Assembly (NCBI GenBank): GCA_049523355.1 | Contig: JBEKMY010000022.1 | Span: 7,440-71,439, forward strand | Direction of reading: 5' to 3' | Origin: Smithella sp. | Lineage (GTDB): Bacteria; Desulfobacterota; Syntrophia; Syntrophales; Smithellaceae | DNA: 64,000 bases | Shown: positions 34,763 to 44,188 of the stretch, one piece after another | Layout: each line of letters opens with the position of its first letter | Numbering within the stretch: the first letter of the stretch is position 1 | The notes under the pieces: generated by a model | Database searches by the model: none | The model's input: the letters and a program-made list of their open reading frames with translations, nothing else | What the model was told of the DNA's origin: nothing | Position numbers and translations under genes: made by a program

Positions 34763-35800
34763 GTGTTGAAGAAAAAAGCAATAGAAAAAATACCCGAACT
34801 GGCAGCGGCGTTGATGGATAAGGGGTCGCTTCTTGCCCCCGTCAAAGAAGCCTCCGGTCATAACTTCGCGGAGATTAAAGATCCGCAAAAGGTTGATCTG
34901 AATTTCTACAATACCATTATGAGCCCGAAGGGAGCGTTTTTCCCCCATAAGGAAGATTTTATTAAATATAATACAGGCAAGCCCACGTCTGAGGCCGAAC
35001 AGATAGAAGTGGATCCCAAACCGGTATTCCTGTTTGGAGTGCGTCCCTGCGATGTCAGAAGTTTCTCCATTATGGATATCCACTTCAATGCCGCGGGAAT
35101 CGTTGATCCCTATTGGAGCCAGAGAAGAAAAGCAACAACCGTATTCGGCTATGCCTACGACTTGAATCAGCCGGTTGATGCCACCGATTTTTATAATTCG
35201 CTGGGAATTTATGCTGCCGATACCGAAGGCAGCGACATTTTTATGGTGAAGACAGATAAGGATTTGCTGCTCAAAGGCATTACCCCCAAAGGAGAGGAAC
35301 TTCTTGCAAAACTCAATACGCTTGTTGATGCGGGAGGGGATGATGAGAAATATTTTGAAGAAACTCTAAAAAAGGGTAAAGAATATAAAACACGTTTCCT
35401 GTGCATCGATCAGGACGTCATTGCCAAAAAACTGGAGGCCATTTTCGATAACAACGATTTCTGGACAAAAGCTTCATCCGCGTGCCTGAGTTGCGGCGCT
35501 TGCACATTTGTCTGCCCGAACTGCTATTGCTTTGACATTTGTGACGATACGATGTTCAGCAAAGGAACGAGGCGCAGAGTATGGGATGCCTGTATGTTTA
35601 CGGATTTCACACTGGAAGCGAGCGGCCATAATCCAAGAACACAGGTTTTCCAGAGATTAAGGCAGAAGATAAATCACAAATATTCATATCATGTGAAAAA
35701 ATACGGCGTAATTTCTTGTGTTGGCTGCGGACGCTGCACGCGTTCCTGTCCGGTCAACATTGATATATATTCGATTATTGAAGAAGCGCTGAAAGTATAA
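34763..35800 (+). CDS. FlxB-like / anaerobic sulfite reductase subunit A-like 4Fe-4S protein
   Basis: CLSCGACTFVCPNCYCFD and CVGCGRCTRSCP clusters. GTG start after an AAGGAG RBS. Confidence 0.75.
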   Translation: MLKKKAIEKIPELAAALMDKGSLLAPVKEASGHNFAEIKDPQKVDLNFYNTIMSPKGAFFPHKEDFIKYNTGKPTSEAEQIEVDPKPVFLFGVRPCDVRSFSIMDIHFNAAGIVDPYWSQRRKATTVFGYAYDLNQPVDATDFYNSLGIYAADTEGSDIFMVKTDKDLLLKGITPKGEELLAKLNTLVDAGGDDEKYFEETLKKGKEYKTRFLCIDQDVIAKKLEAIFDNNDFWTKASSACLSCGACTFVCPNCYCFDICDDTMFSKGTRRRVWDACMFTDFTLEASGHNPRTQVFQRLRQKINHKYSYHVKKYGVISCVGCGRCTRSCPVNIDIYSIIEEALKV

Positions 35801-35837
35801 GTTGCGTGTATTGAAAAAACATTTTTGAGGAAAAAAG

Positions 35838-36698
35838 ATGTCAAATAACAACCCTTACATACCTGTACCGGTTCAGATTGCCAGGATCACAAACGAAGTT
35901 GATACCAATGATATCAAAACATTTCGGTTTACTTTTCTGAACAAGGAAGACGAAGAAAAATTTAAATACACGCCCGGACAATTCGGTGAGCTGTCCATTT
36001 ATGGCAAAGGTGAATCGCCCATCGGTATTGCCTCTTCACCCACGGACCCGGGCTATGTTGAATTTACCGTCCAGAGAGCGGGAACAGTTGTGCCCGGTAT
36101 GGTGACTGCGGCTCTTCATGACCTGGAGGAGGGCGCTCAAATCGGTTTGCGCGGTCCTTTGGGCAACTCCTGGCCGATTGAATTCCTGGAGAATAAAAAT
36201 ATCGTGGTGGTTGGCGGCGGTTTTGCCTTTACAACCCTGCGTTCGCTGATTAATTACATGCTGTACAAGGACAACCGTAAGCGATTCGGTGAAATCACTG
36301 TTGTCTACGGCGCAAGGAATCCCGGCCTGCTCCTTTATAAGGACGAACTTTCCGCATGGGAAAAGAGAGATGATATCAAAACAGTCATCACCGTGGATAA
36401 GGGCGATGAAACATGGAAGGGCAGGGAAGGTTTTGTTCCCGCCGTATGCAAGGAAACGGCGCCTTCTCCCAAGAATGCAGTAGCCGTCATCTGCGGTCCG
36501 CCCATCATGATCAAGTTTACACTGCCGGTCTTTTTTGAGTTGGGTTTTTCCAAAGAAAACATTCTGACCTCACTGGAGATGCGCATGAAATGCGGAATCG
36601 GCAAATGCGGTCGCTGCAATGTCGGCAGTCAGTATGTCTGTAAAGACGGCCCCGTGTTTTCGCTGGCCCAACTGGATCAACTGCCCCGCGATTTTTAA
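35838..36698 (+). CDS. FlxA-like FAD/NAD(P)-binding oxidoreductase with C-terminal [2Fe-2S] (AsrB/PyrK family)
   Basis: FNR-like fold motifs (PGQFGELS, VVVGGGFAFTTL) and C-terminal CGIGKCGRCNVG. Confidence 0.8.
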   Translation: MSNNNPYIPVPVQIARITNEVDTNDIKTFRFTFLNKEDEEKFKYTPGQFGELSIYGKGESPIGIASSPTDPGYVEFTVQRAGTVVPGMVTAALHDLEEGAQIGLRGPLGNSWPIEFLENKNIVVVGGGFAFTTLRSLINYMLYKDNRKRFGEITVVYGARNPGLLLYKDELSAWEKRDDIKTVITVDKGDETWKGREGFVPAVCKETAPSPKNAVAVICGPPIMIKFTLPVFFELGFSKENILTSLEMRMKCGIGKCGRCNVGSQYVCKDGPVFSLAQLDQLPRDF

Positions 36699-36772
36699 TA
36701 ATGATTAAAGATTTGCCGGTTTTGGTAAATCGTAAATTATGTATACTCTTTATCATAGAGGAGAAATGAAAG

Positions 36773-37600
36773 TTGAACAAGATTCTTGAGAACAAAAATT
36801 TATCCGAGAACGTAGTCAAAATGGTATTTGAGGCTCCGCAAAAGAGAAAAGCCGGGCAGTTTATCGTTTTGAAAATTGATGAGAAGGGTGAACGAATTCC
36901 CCTGACCATCGTGGACTCCGACGCGCAGAAAGGAACCCTGACCATCATCTATCAAATTGTCGGGAAAACGACGGCGAAATTATCACAGATGAAGGCGGGT
37001 GATTCGCTGCAGGATGTTCAGGGACCGCTGGGAAATCCCACGGAGATTGAAAAATTCGGGCGCGTTGTCTGCGTGGGTGGAGGAGTTGGCGTCGGAGTTG
37101 TTTATCCGCTGATAGTTGCTTTGAAGAAGGCGGGCAACGAGGTAATTTCGATAATCGGCTCGCGCACCAAAGATTTACTCATTCTGGAAAAAGAAATAGG
37201 GGAAAATTCTGATCGTCTGATAGTCACTACTGATGACGGAAGCTACGGAGTTCATGGCTTTGTCAGCGCTGTATTGCAGGACATGATTGATAAGGGTGAA
37301 AAGATTGACCATGTCTTTGCCATTGGCCCTGTTCCCATGATGAGAGTCATTTGCGACGTAACAAAACCGCACGGCATCAAAACTACTGTGAGCTTGAATT
37401 CAATCATGGTGGATGCGACCGGGATGTGTGGCGCCTGCCGTGTGTCTGTCGGAGGCAAAACAAAGTTTACATGCGTAGATGGTCCTGAATTTGACGGACA
37501 TGAAGTTGACTTTAAATTACTGTCTGACCGCCTGAAGACTTACTGTGAATCAGAGCGCGAGGCTTATGAAAAACATAGGTGTGGATGTGATGGAAACTAA
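36773..37600 (+). CDS. nfnA: NfnA/SudB-type ferredoxin-NADP+ oxidoreductase small subunit (PyrK-like)
   Basis: AGQFIVLKIDEKGERIPLTI, VCVGGGVGVG, and the C-terminal cysteines CGACRV...C. TTG start. Confidence 0.8.
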   Translation: MNKILENKNLSENVVKMVFEAPQKRKAGQFIVLKIDEKGERIPLTIVDSDAQKGTLTIIYQIVGKTTAKLSQMKAGDSLQDVQGPLGNPTEIEKFGRVVCVGGGVGVGVVYPLIVALKKAGNEVISIIGSRTKDLLILEKEIGENSDRLIVTTDDGSYGVHGFVSAVLQDMIDKGEKIDHVFAIGPVPMMRVICDVTKPHGIKTTVSLNSIMVDATGMCGACRVSVGGKTKFTCVDGPEFDGHEVDFKLLSDRLKTYCESEREAYEKHRCGCDGN

Positions 37601-39005
37601 AGAAACCAAAGAAAAGAAAGAAAAAGTACCGCGTCAGAAAATGCCGGAGCAGGATCCTAAGAAAAGGGTTCATAATTTTGAGGAAGTTCCTTTTGGATAT
37701 TCCGAAGAAACGGCGATTATCGAAGCAAAGCGTTGCATTCAATGCAAAAAACCTGCCTGTATCGAAGGTTGTCCGGTTGATGTAAAAATCCCGGAATTCA
37801 TCAAGCAGATTGCCGAAGGTAATTTTATCGAAGCGGCAAAAATCCTGAAAGAAACCAACGGTCTTCCGGCAGTTTGCGGCCGCGTTTGTCCTCAGGAAGA
37901 TCAATGTGAAAAAACATGCATTTTAGGTAAAAAAGGCGAACCGGTGGCCATTGGCCGTCTGGAGAGGTTTGCTGCCGATTACGAACGCAATAGCGGCAAA
38001 GTATCTGTCCCAACAGTAGCCAAATCCAATGGTAAGAAAGTCGCCATTGCCGGCGCGGGACCATCAGGACTCACCATTGCCGGAGACCTGATCAAACTTG
38101 GATATGATGTGACTGTTTTTGAGGCGTTGCATAAATCCGGCGGCGTGCTTGTTTACGGTATTCCCGAATTTCGTCTGCCGAAAGCGATCGTGGAAGCGGA
38201 AGTTGACGGCCTGAGAAAGTTGGGTGTGAAGATTGAGACAAATTTTGTAATCGGACGGACAAAAACAATTGATGAACTTTTTGAAGAAGGCTTTCAGGCT
38301 GTTTTCATCGGTGTGGGCGCCGGAGCTCCTGTATTCATGAATATTCCCGGAGAAAACCTGATCGGTATTTATTCCGCCAACGAATATCTGACGCGCTCCA
38401 ATTTAATGAAAGCTTATCGCTTCCCCGAATATGATACGCCCATTGTTCGCGGCAAGAGAGTCGCGGTTATCGGCGGCGGTAATGTGGCTATGGATTCTGT
38501 CCGTACCGCATTGAGGTTAGGCGCGGAAAGGGCAATGATTATTTATCGCCGTACCGAAGTGGAAATGCCGGCAAGAAAAGAGGAAGTCCATCACGCCCAG
38601 GAAGAAGGCGTTGAATTCCTGATGCTGACAGCTCCGGTGGAATATATCGGAAACAAAGACGGCTGGGTAACCGGTATGAAATGCATTAAAATGGAATTGG
38701 GCGAACCCGATAAATCGGGAAGAAGAAGCCCTGTCCCCATCAAAGGTTCCGAATATATGATCGATGTTGATACAGTCGTGGTTGCCGTGGGAACCGTAGC
38801 CAATCCCATCGTTCCCGCAACGACAAAGGGACTGGAGGTAAATAAGTGGGGTTATATTGTTACGAAAGATGAATCGGGTTTGACAAGCCGTGAAGGTATT
38901 TATGCCGGAGGCGATATTGTTACCGGCGCGGCAACGGTTATTCTGGCGATGGGCGCAGGCCGCAAAGCCGCCACCGCGATACACGAATATTTGTCAAATA
39001 AATAA
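37590..39005 (+). CDS. nfnB: NfnB/SudA/GltD-type NADPH-dependent oxidoreductase large subunit
   Basis: CIQCKKPACIEGCP, VCGRVCPQEDQCE, and two dinucleotide-binding motifs VAIAGAGPSGL and VAVIGGGNVAMD. Start chosen at METKE, overlapping the nfnA end. Confidence 0.88.
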   Translation: METKETKEKKEKVPRQKMPEQDPKKRVHNFEEVPFGYSEETAIIEAKRCIQCKKPACIEGCPVDVKIPEFIKQIAEGNFIEAAKILKETNGLPAVCGRVCPQEDQCEKTCILGKKGEPVAIGRLERFAADYERNSGKVSVPTVAKSNGKKVAIAGAGPSGLTIAGDLIKLGYDVTVFEALHKSGGVLVYGIPEFRLPKAIVEAEVDGLRKLGVKIETNFVIGRTKTIDELFEEGFQAVFIGVGAGAPVFMNIPGENLIGIYSANEYLTRSNLMKAYRFPEYDTPIVRGKRVAVIGGGNVAMDSVRTALRLGAERAMIIYRRTEVEMPARKEEVHHAQEEGVEFLMLTAPVEYIGNKDGWVTGMKCIKMELGEPDKSGRRSPVPIKGSEYMIDVDTVVVAVGTVANPIVPATTKGLEVNKWGYIVTKDESGLTSREGIYAGGDIVTGAATVILAMGAGRKAATAIHEYLSNK

Positions 39006-39023
39006 TTAGTTTTGAGCTTTAAG

Positions 39024-39066
39024 CAAAAAAAAAAGACAGACCGGTTTCGGTCTGTCTTTTTTTTTG
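39024..39066 (+). terminator. rho-independent terminator after nfnB
   Basis: aaaaaaaaaa agacagaccg gttt cggtctgtct ttttttttt. Confidence 0.85.
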
Positions 39067-39300
39067 TATATTGCTCATCGGGTAATTTAAAGCCGCTATT
39101 TTAAAAGCATCAATTTACGGCGGCCATTTTGGGGCCTGCTTCAAATACGCAGGGGAAATGAGGATGATCATCTTGTTGTAAATAGTGTTTTGCCTGAACA
39201 ACAGTAGGGTCAGTTTTACGAAGCGGAGAATCCGGAACTATTTGTAATTTGAGGTATTTTTAATACTAAATGTCAGGAGAATAAATCCGGCTAAAATTAT

Positions 39301-39313
39301 TGACCGTCGGTCA
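39301..39313. promoter_or_regulatory. 13-bp perfect palindrome, candidate operator
   Basis: TGACCG-T-CGGTCA, 52 bp upstream of the -35 of the CoA-transferase operon promoter. Confidence 0.3.
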
Positions 39314-39364
39314 CAGATATTTAACAATAATATCAATAACTTATAATAACGATGTCGATAATAC

Positions 39365-39393
39365 TTGACCATAAAATATTGTCATAGTAGAAT
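39365..39393 (+). promoter_or_regulatory. sigma-70-type promoter
   Basis: TTGACC, 17 nt, TAGAAT. About 50 nt upstream of the CoA-transferase start. Confidence 0.45.
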
Positions 39394-39442
39394 TCATACA
39401 ATATTATTGTGCAAGAAAATGCATTAAGAAGGAGGTATGTAT

Positions 39443-40534
39443 ATGGCTAAGTATCTCTACAATCAAGAGGCGGTCGAAAACCTCAGGTTGAGCGATACGT
39501 CCATTTTGGACAGGTTGGTAGATTTTGAATCGGCCCGCGCGGCGCATCTGAAGAAGGAACACGCTAAAAAAGATAAACGGATGACGATTGGCGAGGCTGT
39601 TGCGACTTATGTGAAGGACGGTGATATCATCACCGATGGAGGATTTTCTTATGTCAGAACACCGCATCAGGCGTTTTTCGAAGTAATTCGCCAAGGTAAA
39701 AAGAATCTCCAGATGATTGGCGCTCCCAATACCAATCAGACCTTTTTTATCTGTTATGGGCTCGTGGAATACTCTCACAATTCTTACACCGGGGCGGAGA
39801 TGCGCGGAATTGATAAGGTCTATGACCGCGCGATCAAGGCCGGTAAGATCAAGATTCTTTCCGAATGGAGTCATGGCGGCATAGCTCAGGGATTCAAGGC
39901 TGCCCAACTGGGTACCCCGGGCGTTTTCAGCAAACAGATGCTCGGCAGTGACCTGGTGCGCTACAATCCCTACCTCAAAGTCATACAGCATCCTTTGAAG
40001 AAAAACAGTGATCCTGTTGTGTTCGTTCCGGCTTTGTATCCCGATGTGGCCTTTATTCATTGCCATGCGGCGGATAAATACGGCAACGCCTATATCTATG
40101 GTCCTGCCGTCAATGATCTGGCAGTGGCCGCCGCGGCGCGCAAACTCATCATCACGGCCGAAGAGATCGTTCCCGAAAACGAAATCCGCTACAATAAGCA
40201 GGGGCAGATCATTCCGTTTTTCTATGCCGATGCCGTTGTTGAGATGCCTTTTGGAGCAGTTCCCGGAAATATGCCCGGATACTACTACTGGTCGCGGCAA
40301 TGGTGGGAAAAGTGCATGCGTTTTGGCGGTGTATCCGACGAAAACATTATGGCATTTTGTAATGAATGGATTATGGGCACCAATAATCAGTTCGAATTTG
40401 TCGACAAACTGGGAGGCGCCAAGTGGATTGCGGAAGCCCGCCGTCAGACCAAGGCCGCCGAAGGCGACAATGAAGACATTGACTTCTCTTATGAAGAATA
40501 CACCCTGAAACATGATTCAGGGCTCTATTATTAA
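39443..40534 (+). CDS. family I CoA-transferase subunit A (glutaconate CoA-transferase GctA-like)
   Basis: MTIGEAVATYVKDGDIITDGGF..., ADKYGNAYIYGP. AAGGAGG RBS 7 nt before the ATG at 39443. Confidence 0.85.
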   Translation: MAKYLYNQEAVENLRLSDTSILDRLVDFESARAAHLKKEHAKKDKRMTIGEAVATYVKDGDIITDGGFSYVRTPHQAFFEVIRQGKKNLQMIGAPNTNQTFFICYGLVEYSHNSYTGAEMRGIDKVYDRAIKAGKIKILSEWSHGGIAQGFKAAQLGTPGVFSKQMLGSDLVRYNPYLKVIQHPLKKNSDPVVFVPALYPDVAFIHCHAADKYGNAYIYGPAVNDLAVAAAARKLIITAEEIVPENEIRYNKQGQIIPFFYADAVVEMPFGAVPGNMPGYYYWSRQWWEKCMRFGGVSDENIMAFCNEWIMGTNNQFEFVDKLGGAKWIAEARRQTKAAEGDNEDIDFSYEEYTLKHDSGLYY

Positions 40535-40548
40535 GCAAGGAGGATATC

Positions 40549-41340
40549 ATGCAAGACTTAAATGCTCCAGCCAATCCATTAGAGACATTGGCTTATATTA
40601 TCGCTCAACAGATTAACGATCATTCAATCGTGTATATCGGAACAGGAATTCCCATGGTGGCCGGGATTCTGGCCAAGAAAACCCATGCCCCCAATATTAC
40701 CATTGTTTATGAATCAGGCGGGCAGGATCCGATCGAGGGAGATATGCCCTGGTCGGTGGGCTGTCCCTTTACCTGGCGCAAATCACCAACCATTATGGAA
40801 ATGTCCTATTCTTTCGCGCAGTGTTATAACGGATATGTGGATATCGGATTTTTAGGCTTTGCCCAGGTGGATATGTACGGCAACGTCAATACGCACATGA
40901 TCGGCAAAGATTTTCACAAGCCCAAAGTTCGCATGACCGGCAGCGGCGGAAATAACGATCTGTCTTCGCTGACCGAAAAGATGGTGCTGGTCGGACTCCA
41001 GACCCCTGATAAGTTTCCTGAAAAGGTTGATTTTGTCACCTCCGTGGGACATCTGACCGGCGGCAATTCACGTCAGGAAGCCGGTCTCATCGGTAATGGT
41101 CCGAGCGCGGTAATTAGCCCATGGGGCGTCTATGACTTTGAGCCGGTCAGCAAGCGTATGAGGGTAAAATCCCTGACCCCGGGTGTCACTTTTGAGATCG
41201 CTCAATCGCTTACCGGCTTCGAACTTCTCAGACCTGAAGGCGAGATTCCGGATACCAAGCTCATCACACCCGAGTCCCTGAAGATCATACGCACCGATGT
41301 TGACCCGCATGGCGTTTTTACGGCCATGCCGACCGGATAA
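40549..41340 (+). CDS. family I CoA-transferase subunit B (GctB-like)
   Basis: VYIGTGIP...VYESGG...QVDMYGNVN...GSGGNND. AGGAGG RBS. Confidence 0.85.
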   Translation: MQDLNAPANPLETLAYIIAQQINDHSIVYIGTGIPMVAGILAKKTHAPNITIVYESGGQDPIEGDMPWSVGCPFTWRKSPTIMEMSYSFAQCYNGYVDIGFLGFAQVDMYGNVNTHMIGKDFHKPKVRMTGSGGNNDLSSLTEKMVLVGLQTPDKFPEKVDFVTSVGHLTGGNSRQEAGLIGNGPSAVISPWGVYDFEPVSKRMRVKSLTPGVTFEIAQSLTGFELLRPEGEIPDTKLITPESLKIIRTDVDPHGVFTAMPTG

Positions 41341-41502
41341 AAATTGATAGTTACAGCTACCGTTAGCGTTGTTGATATGCTAATTTTTGCACTGGCGCTT
41401 TTCTTAAAAAAGGCGTAAGTACTTAACGCATATTACAGGATATTGTTTTGAAGACGATATAAATCAAAAAACATAATCGTTTTTACATGAAAGGAGAATC
41501 AA

Positions 41503-43218
41503 ATGAATTATCTGATGCAGCCCAAAAAATATCAGAGCCTCATGGCCGACAAAGGTTCAAAGGATATTATGGACAAGACCGTTGCTTTCTTCGAGAAGTT
41601 TGGAAAGACAAAACTCACTGAAGATTTCAATAAAAAAGTATGGTATCGCGAGTTTGTTGATTTCATTGCCAAGGAGCAAATATTTGCCAAGCTTCTTACG
41701 CCCAACCAATATGGCGGCGGCGATCCGGATTGCCGCTGGGACACGGCCCGCAACAGCGAATACAGTGAGCTTCTGGCTTTTTATGGTTTGGGTTATTGGT
41801 ATTGCTTTCAGGTCAGTATTCTGGGGCTGGGCCCCATCTGGATGAGCCCCAATGAAAAGGCCAAGAAGAAGGCCGCGGAGTTACTAAAAAAAGGCGCGAT
41901 ATTTGCCTTTGGTCTATCCGAAAAAACGCACGGCGCGGATATCTATTCCACCGAAACGGTGCTTGCGCCGCAAAAAGACGGCACATGGATAGCTAACGGT
42001 GAAAAATATTACATAGGCAACGGCAATGAGGCGGAAATGGTCTCAACGTTGGGCAAGGTGAAGGACGGAACCGACGATTATGTTTTCTTTGTCACCAATT
42101 ATAAAAATAAAGCTTACGAACTCAAAAAGAATGTCATTTCCCATCAGGAATACGTTTCCAACTTCGCGCTTCATGATTATCCCATTACTGCGGATGATAT
42201 TCTCTCCCGAGGTTCTCATGCCTGGGATTCGGGCCTCAATACCGTGAACATCGGCAAGTTTAACATCGGTCCCGCTTCCATCGGCGTTTCGGAACACTGT
42301 TTTTACGAAGCCATAACTCACGCGGCAAACAGGATACTTTATGGCATGCCTGTAACCAATATGCCGCATGTGCGGAAAAATTTCATAGATGCCTGGCTGC
42401 GTATAGTGGGTATGAAACTCTACCAGCGCCGTTCCACCGACTATTTCCGTAATGCTAATGATAAAGACAGACGCTATCTTCTTTACAATCCCACCAGCAA
42501 GATGAAAGTAACCCTGCAAGCGGAGGAAGTAATCAATCTGCTCTGGGATGTGATCGCAGCCAAAGGTTTTGAAAAGGACACCTATTTCTCTATGGGCGCC
42601 TGCGATATTCGGGGGCCATCCAAACTCGAAGGCACCGTTCATGTCAACGTTCAGCTTATTCGCAAGTTCATGAAGAACTACTTTTTCAGTCCGGCTCAGT
42701 ACGCTCCGGTTGCTCCGGAATTTTCTCTCAAGGACGATCTTTTCCTGTTCAATCAGGGACCGACCAAGGGTCTGGGTTCGGTTCAGTTCCATGATTACAA
42801 ACCGGTCTTTGAAGCCAATAAACAGCTTCCGAATGTGGCTATCTTTATTCAGCAGATTAACCTTTTCAAGGAATTGCTGGAAAAAGCAGGTCCGGATAAG
42901 GCGCAGGATATGGATCCCTCATGGTCGCTGCCCGTGGGCGAGATGTTCTCGATTGTCGTCTATGGTCAGCTTATTCTGGAACAGGCTAAATTTGACAATG
43001 TGGACGCTGATGTAGTCAATCAGATTTTTGATTTTATGGTGCGTGATTTTACCCGCTTTGCCCTGCAGATTTACGGCATGCACAATACCAAAGATGAGCA
43101 GCGCGCCTATTGCAAGGACATCATGCTTATCAAGGCACAGGGAGATGATGCCCAGTACAACAGGATATGGACAAAATATGTGTATGCCTTAAACGGCGAA
43201 TACGCGATGAATGAATAG
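41503..43218 (+). CDS. acyl-CoA dehydrogenase family protein (long form)
   Basis: FGLSEKTHGADIYSTETV, GEKYYIGNGN. 571 aa with ACAD-like domain order. Confidence 0.8.
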   Translation: MNYLMQPKKYQSLMADKGSKDIMDKTVAFFEKFGKTKLTEDFNKKVWYREFVDFIAKEQIFAKLLTPNQYGGGDPDCRWDTARNSEYSELLAFYGLGYWYCFQVSILGLGPIWMSPNEKAKKKAAELLKKGAIFAFGLSEKTHGADIYSTETVLAPQKDGTWIANGEKYYIGNGNEAEMVSTLGKVKDGTDDYVFFVTNYKNKAYELKKNVISHQEYVSNFALHDYPITADDILSRGSHAWDSGLNTVNIGKFNIGPASIGVSEHCFYEAITHAANRILYGMPVTNMPHVRKNFIDAWLRIVGMKLYQRRSTDYFRNANDKDRRYLLYNPTSKMKVTLQAEEVINLLWDVIAAKGFEKDTYFSMGACDIRGPSKLEGTVHVNVQLIRKFMKNYFFSPAQYAPVAPEFSLKDDLFLFNQGPTKGLGSVQFHDYKPVFEANKQLPNVAIFIQQINLFKELLEKAGPDKAQDMDPSWSLPVGEMFSIVVYGQLILEQAKFDNVDADVVNQIFDFMVRDFTRFALQIYGMHNTKDEQRAYCKDIMLIKAQGDDAQYNRIWTKYVYALNGEYAMNE

Positions 43219-43245
43219 CAAAAAAGAATAAACATTAAGTTTTTT

Positions 43246-43284
43246 ATGGGTGAAGCATATTTTATATGCTTCACCCATTTTTTT
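43246..43284 (+). terminator. rho-independent terminator after the acyl-CoA dehydrogenase gene
   Basis: atgggtgaagcata / tatgcttcacccat, a 14-bp perfect stem followed by TTTTTTT. It overlaps the last codons of the convergent mtfA-like gene. Confidence 0.8.
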
Positions 43285-44080
43285 CGGCAGGGCAGTTATT
43301 TTGTCCCAAACGCAAAGAGGGATCCTGCCGGTAATATTCTTTGAGCACCCTGTAAAGGTCGGGTGCGTGTTTGATCATTAAACGAGGTTGATCGAAAAAT
43401 TGTTCGGTTGCTACGGCGAAGAATTCAGCTTCGTTAGTAGCGCCGTAGGCATTGAGAAATGATTTCCTGCCGTGTTCGGCATCATGCTTGAGACGAAGAT
43501 ATTCCTGAGAGCATATCTTTACCCAGTCGCGGTATTCCGCCCTGTCACGAAGCGGTGGCGTGCCGTCAGCCGCGCCGTCGAGCATATCCAGCTTGTGAGC
43601 GAATTCGTGATAAATAACATTATGCCCTGACTCGGGATGACGGCCGCCTTGCAGCGCGGCATCCCAAATAATGATGACCGGTCCCTGCCGAAAGGCTTGT
43701 CCGATAATCGGATGGCTAAGTTCTATTGGCGCCTGCGCATTCTCAAAAAAACCAAGTTTACGCTGGGGAGGAACCACAGTAGAGGGATAGACAATGATGG
43801 TTTCCACATTCTGATAATAATTGTGAGGCAGCCCCAGCAAAAGCAGACAGGCCTGGGCGGAGATGGTAACGCGGATTTCATCGGTAAGTATAAGCCCGCC
43901 TGCGCCTTCCCAATCTTTTTCGACGATGAAAACCTGGATCAACTCGCGTAGATGTTTACGCTCAGCGTCGCCCAGCATGCAGTAATGAGCAACATTGCGC
44001 CGGATAATGTCTTCCCATGCAAAAGGGAATGGAGCTGCAGTGATCTTTTTGCGGCGGCGATTGGCAAACCATTGAAACAT
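43271..44080 (-). CDS. mtfA: M90 family zinc peptidase (MtfA-like)
   Basis: VIYHEFAHKLD HExxH-type motif and NEAEFFAVATEQFF. Confidence 0.8.
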   Translation of the reverse strand: MFQWFANRRRKKITAAPFPFAWEDIIRRNVAHYCMLGDAERKHLRELIQVFIVEKDWEGAGGLILTDEIRVTISAQACLLLLGLPHNYYQNVETIIVYPSTVVPPQRKLGFFENAQAPIELSHPIIGQAFRQGPVIIIWDAALQGGRHPESGHNVIYHEFAHKLDMLDGAADGTPPLRDRAEYRDWVKICSQEYLRLKHDAEHGRKSFLNAYGATNEAEFFAVATEQFFDQPRLMIKHAPDLYRVLKEYYRQDPSLRLGQNNCPAEKNG

Positions 44081-44188
44081 GTTGATCCTCTTTAAAAAAA
44101 TAATTTAATATATAAATTGCTTTGTCCTTATGCTTTTCACACGACGCTTCCGTGAACTTATGTGATGGTCGAAGCAATTTTATATAAA

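Noticed and set aside
39404-40513. 369-aa minus-strand ORF covering almost the whole CoA-transferase A gene
   Set aside because: The plus-strand product has clear family I CoA-transferase similarity, an AAGGAGG RBS and an operon partner. The antisense translation is low-complexity (Gly/Arg/Phe/Ile-rich) with no motifs, so it is most likely a stop-free shadow frame.
42043-42792. 249-aa antisense ORF inside the acyl-CoA dehydrogenase gene
   Set aside because: No motifs and no RBS, and it is fully embedded opposite a well-supported gene.
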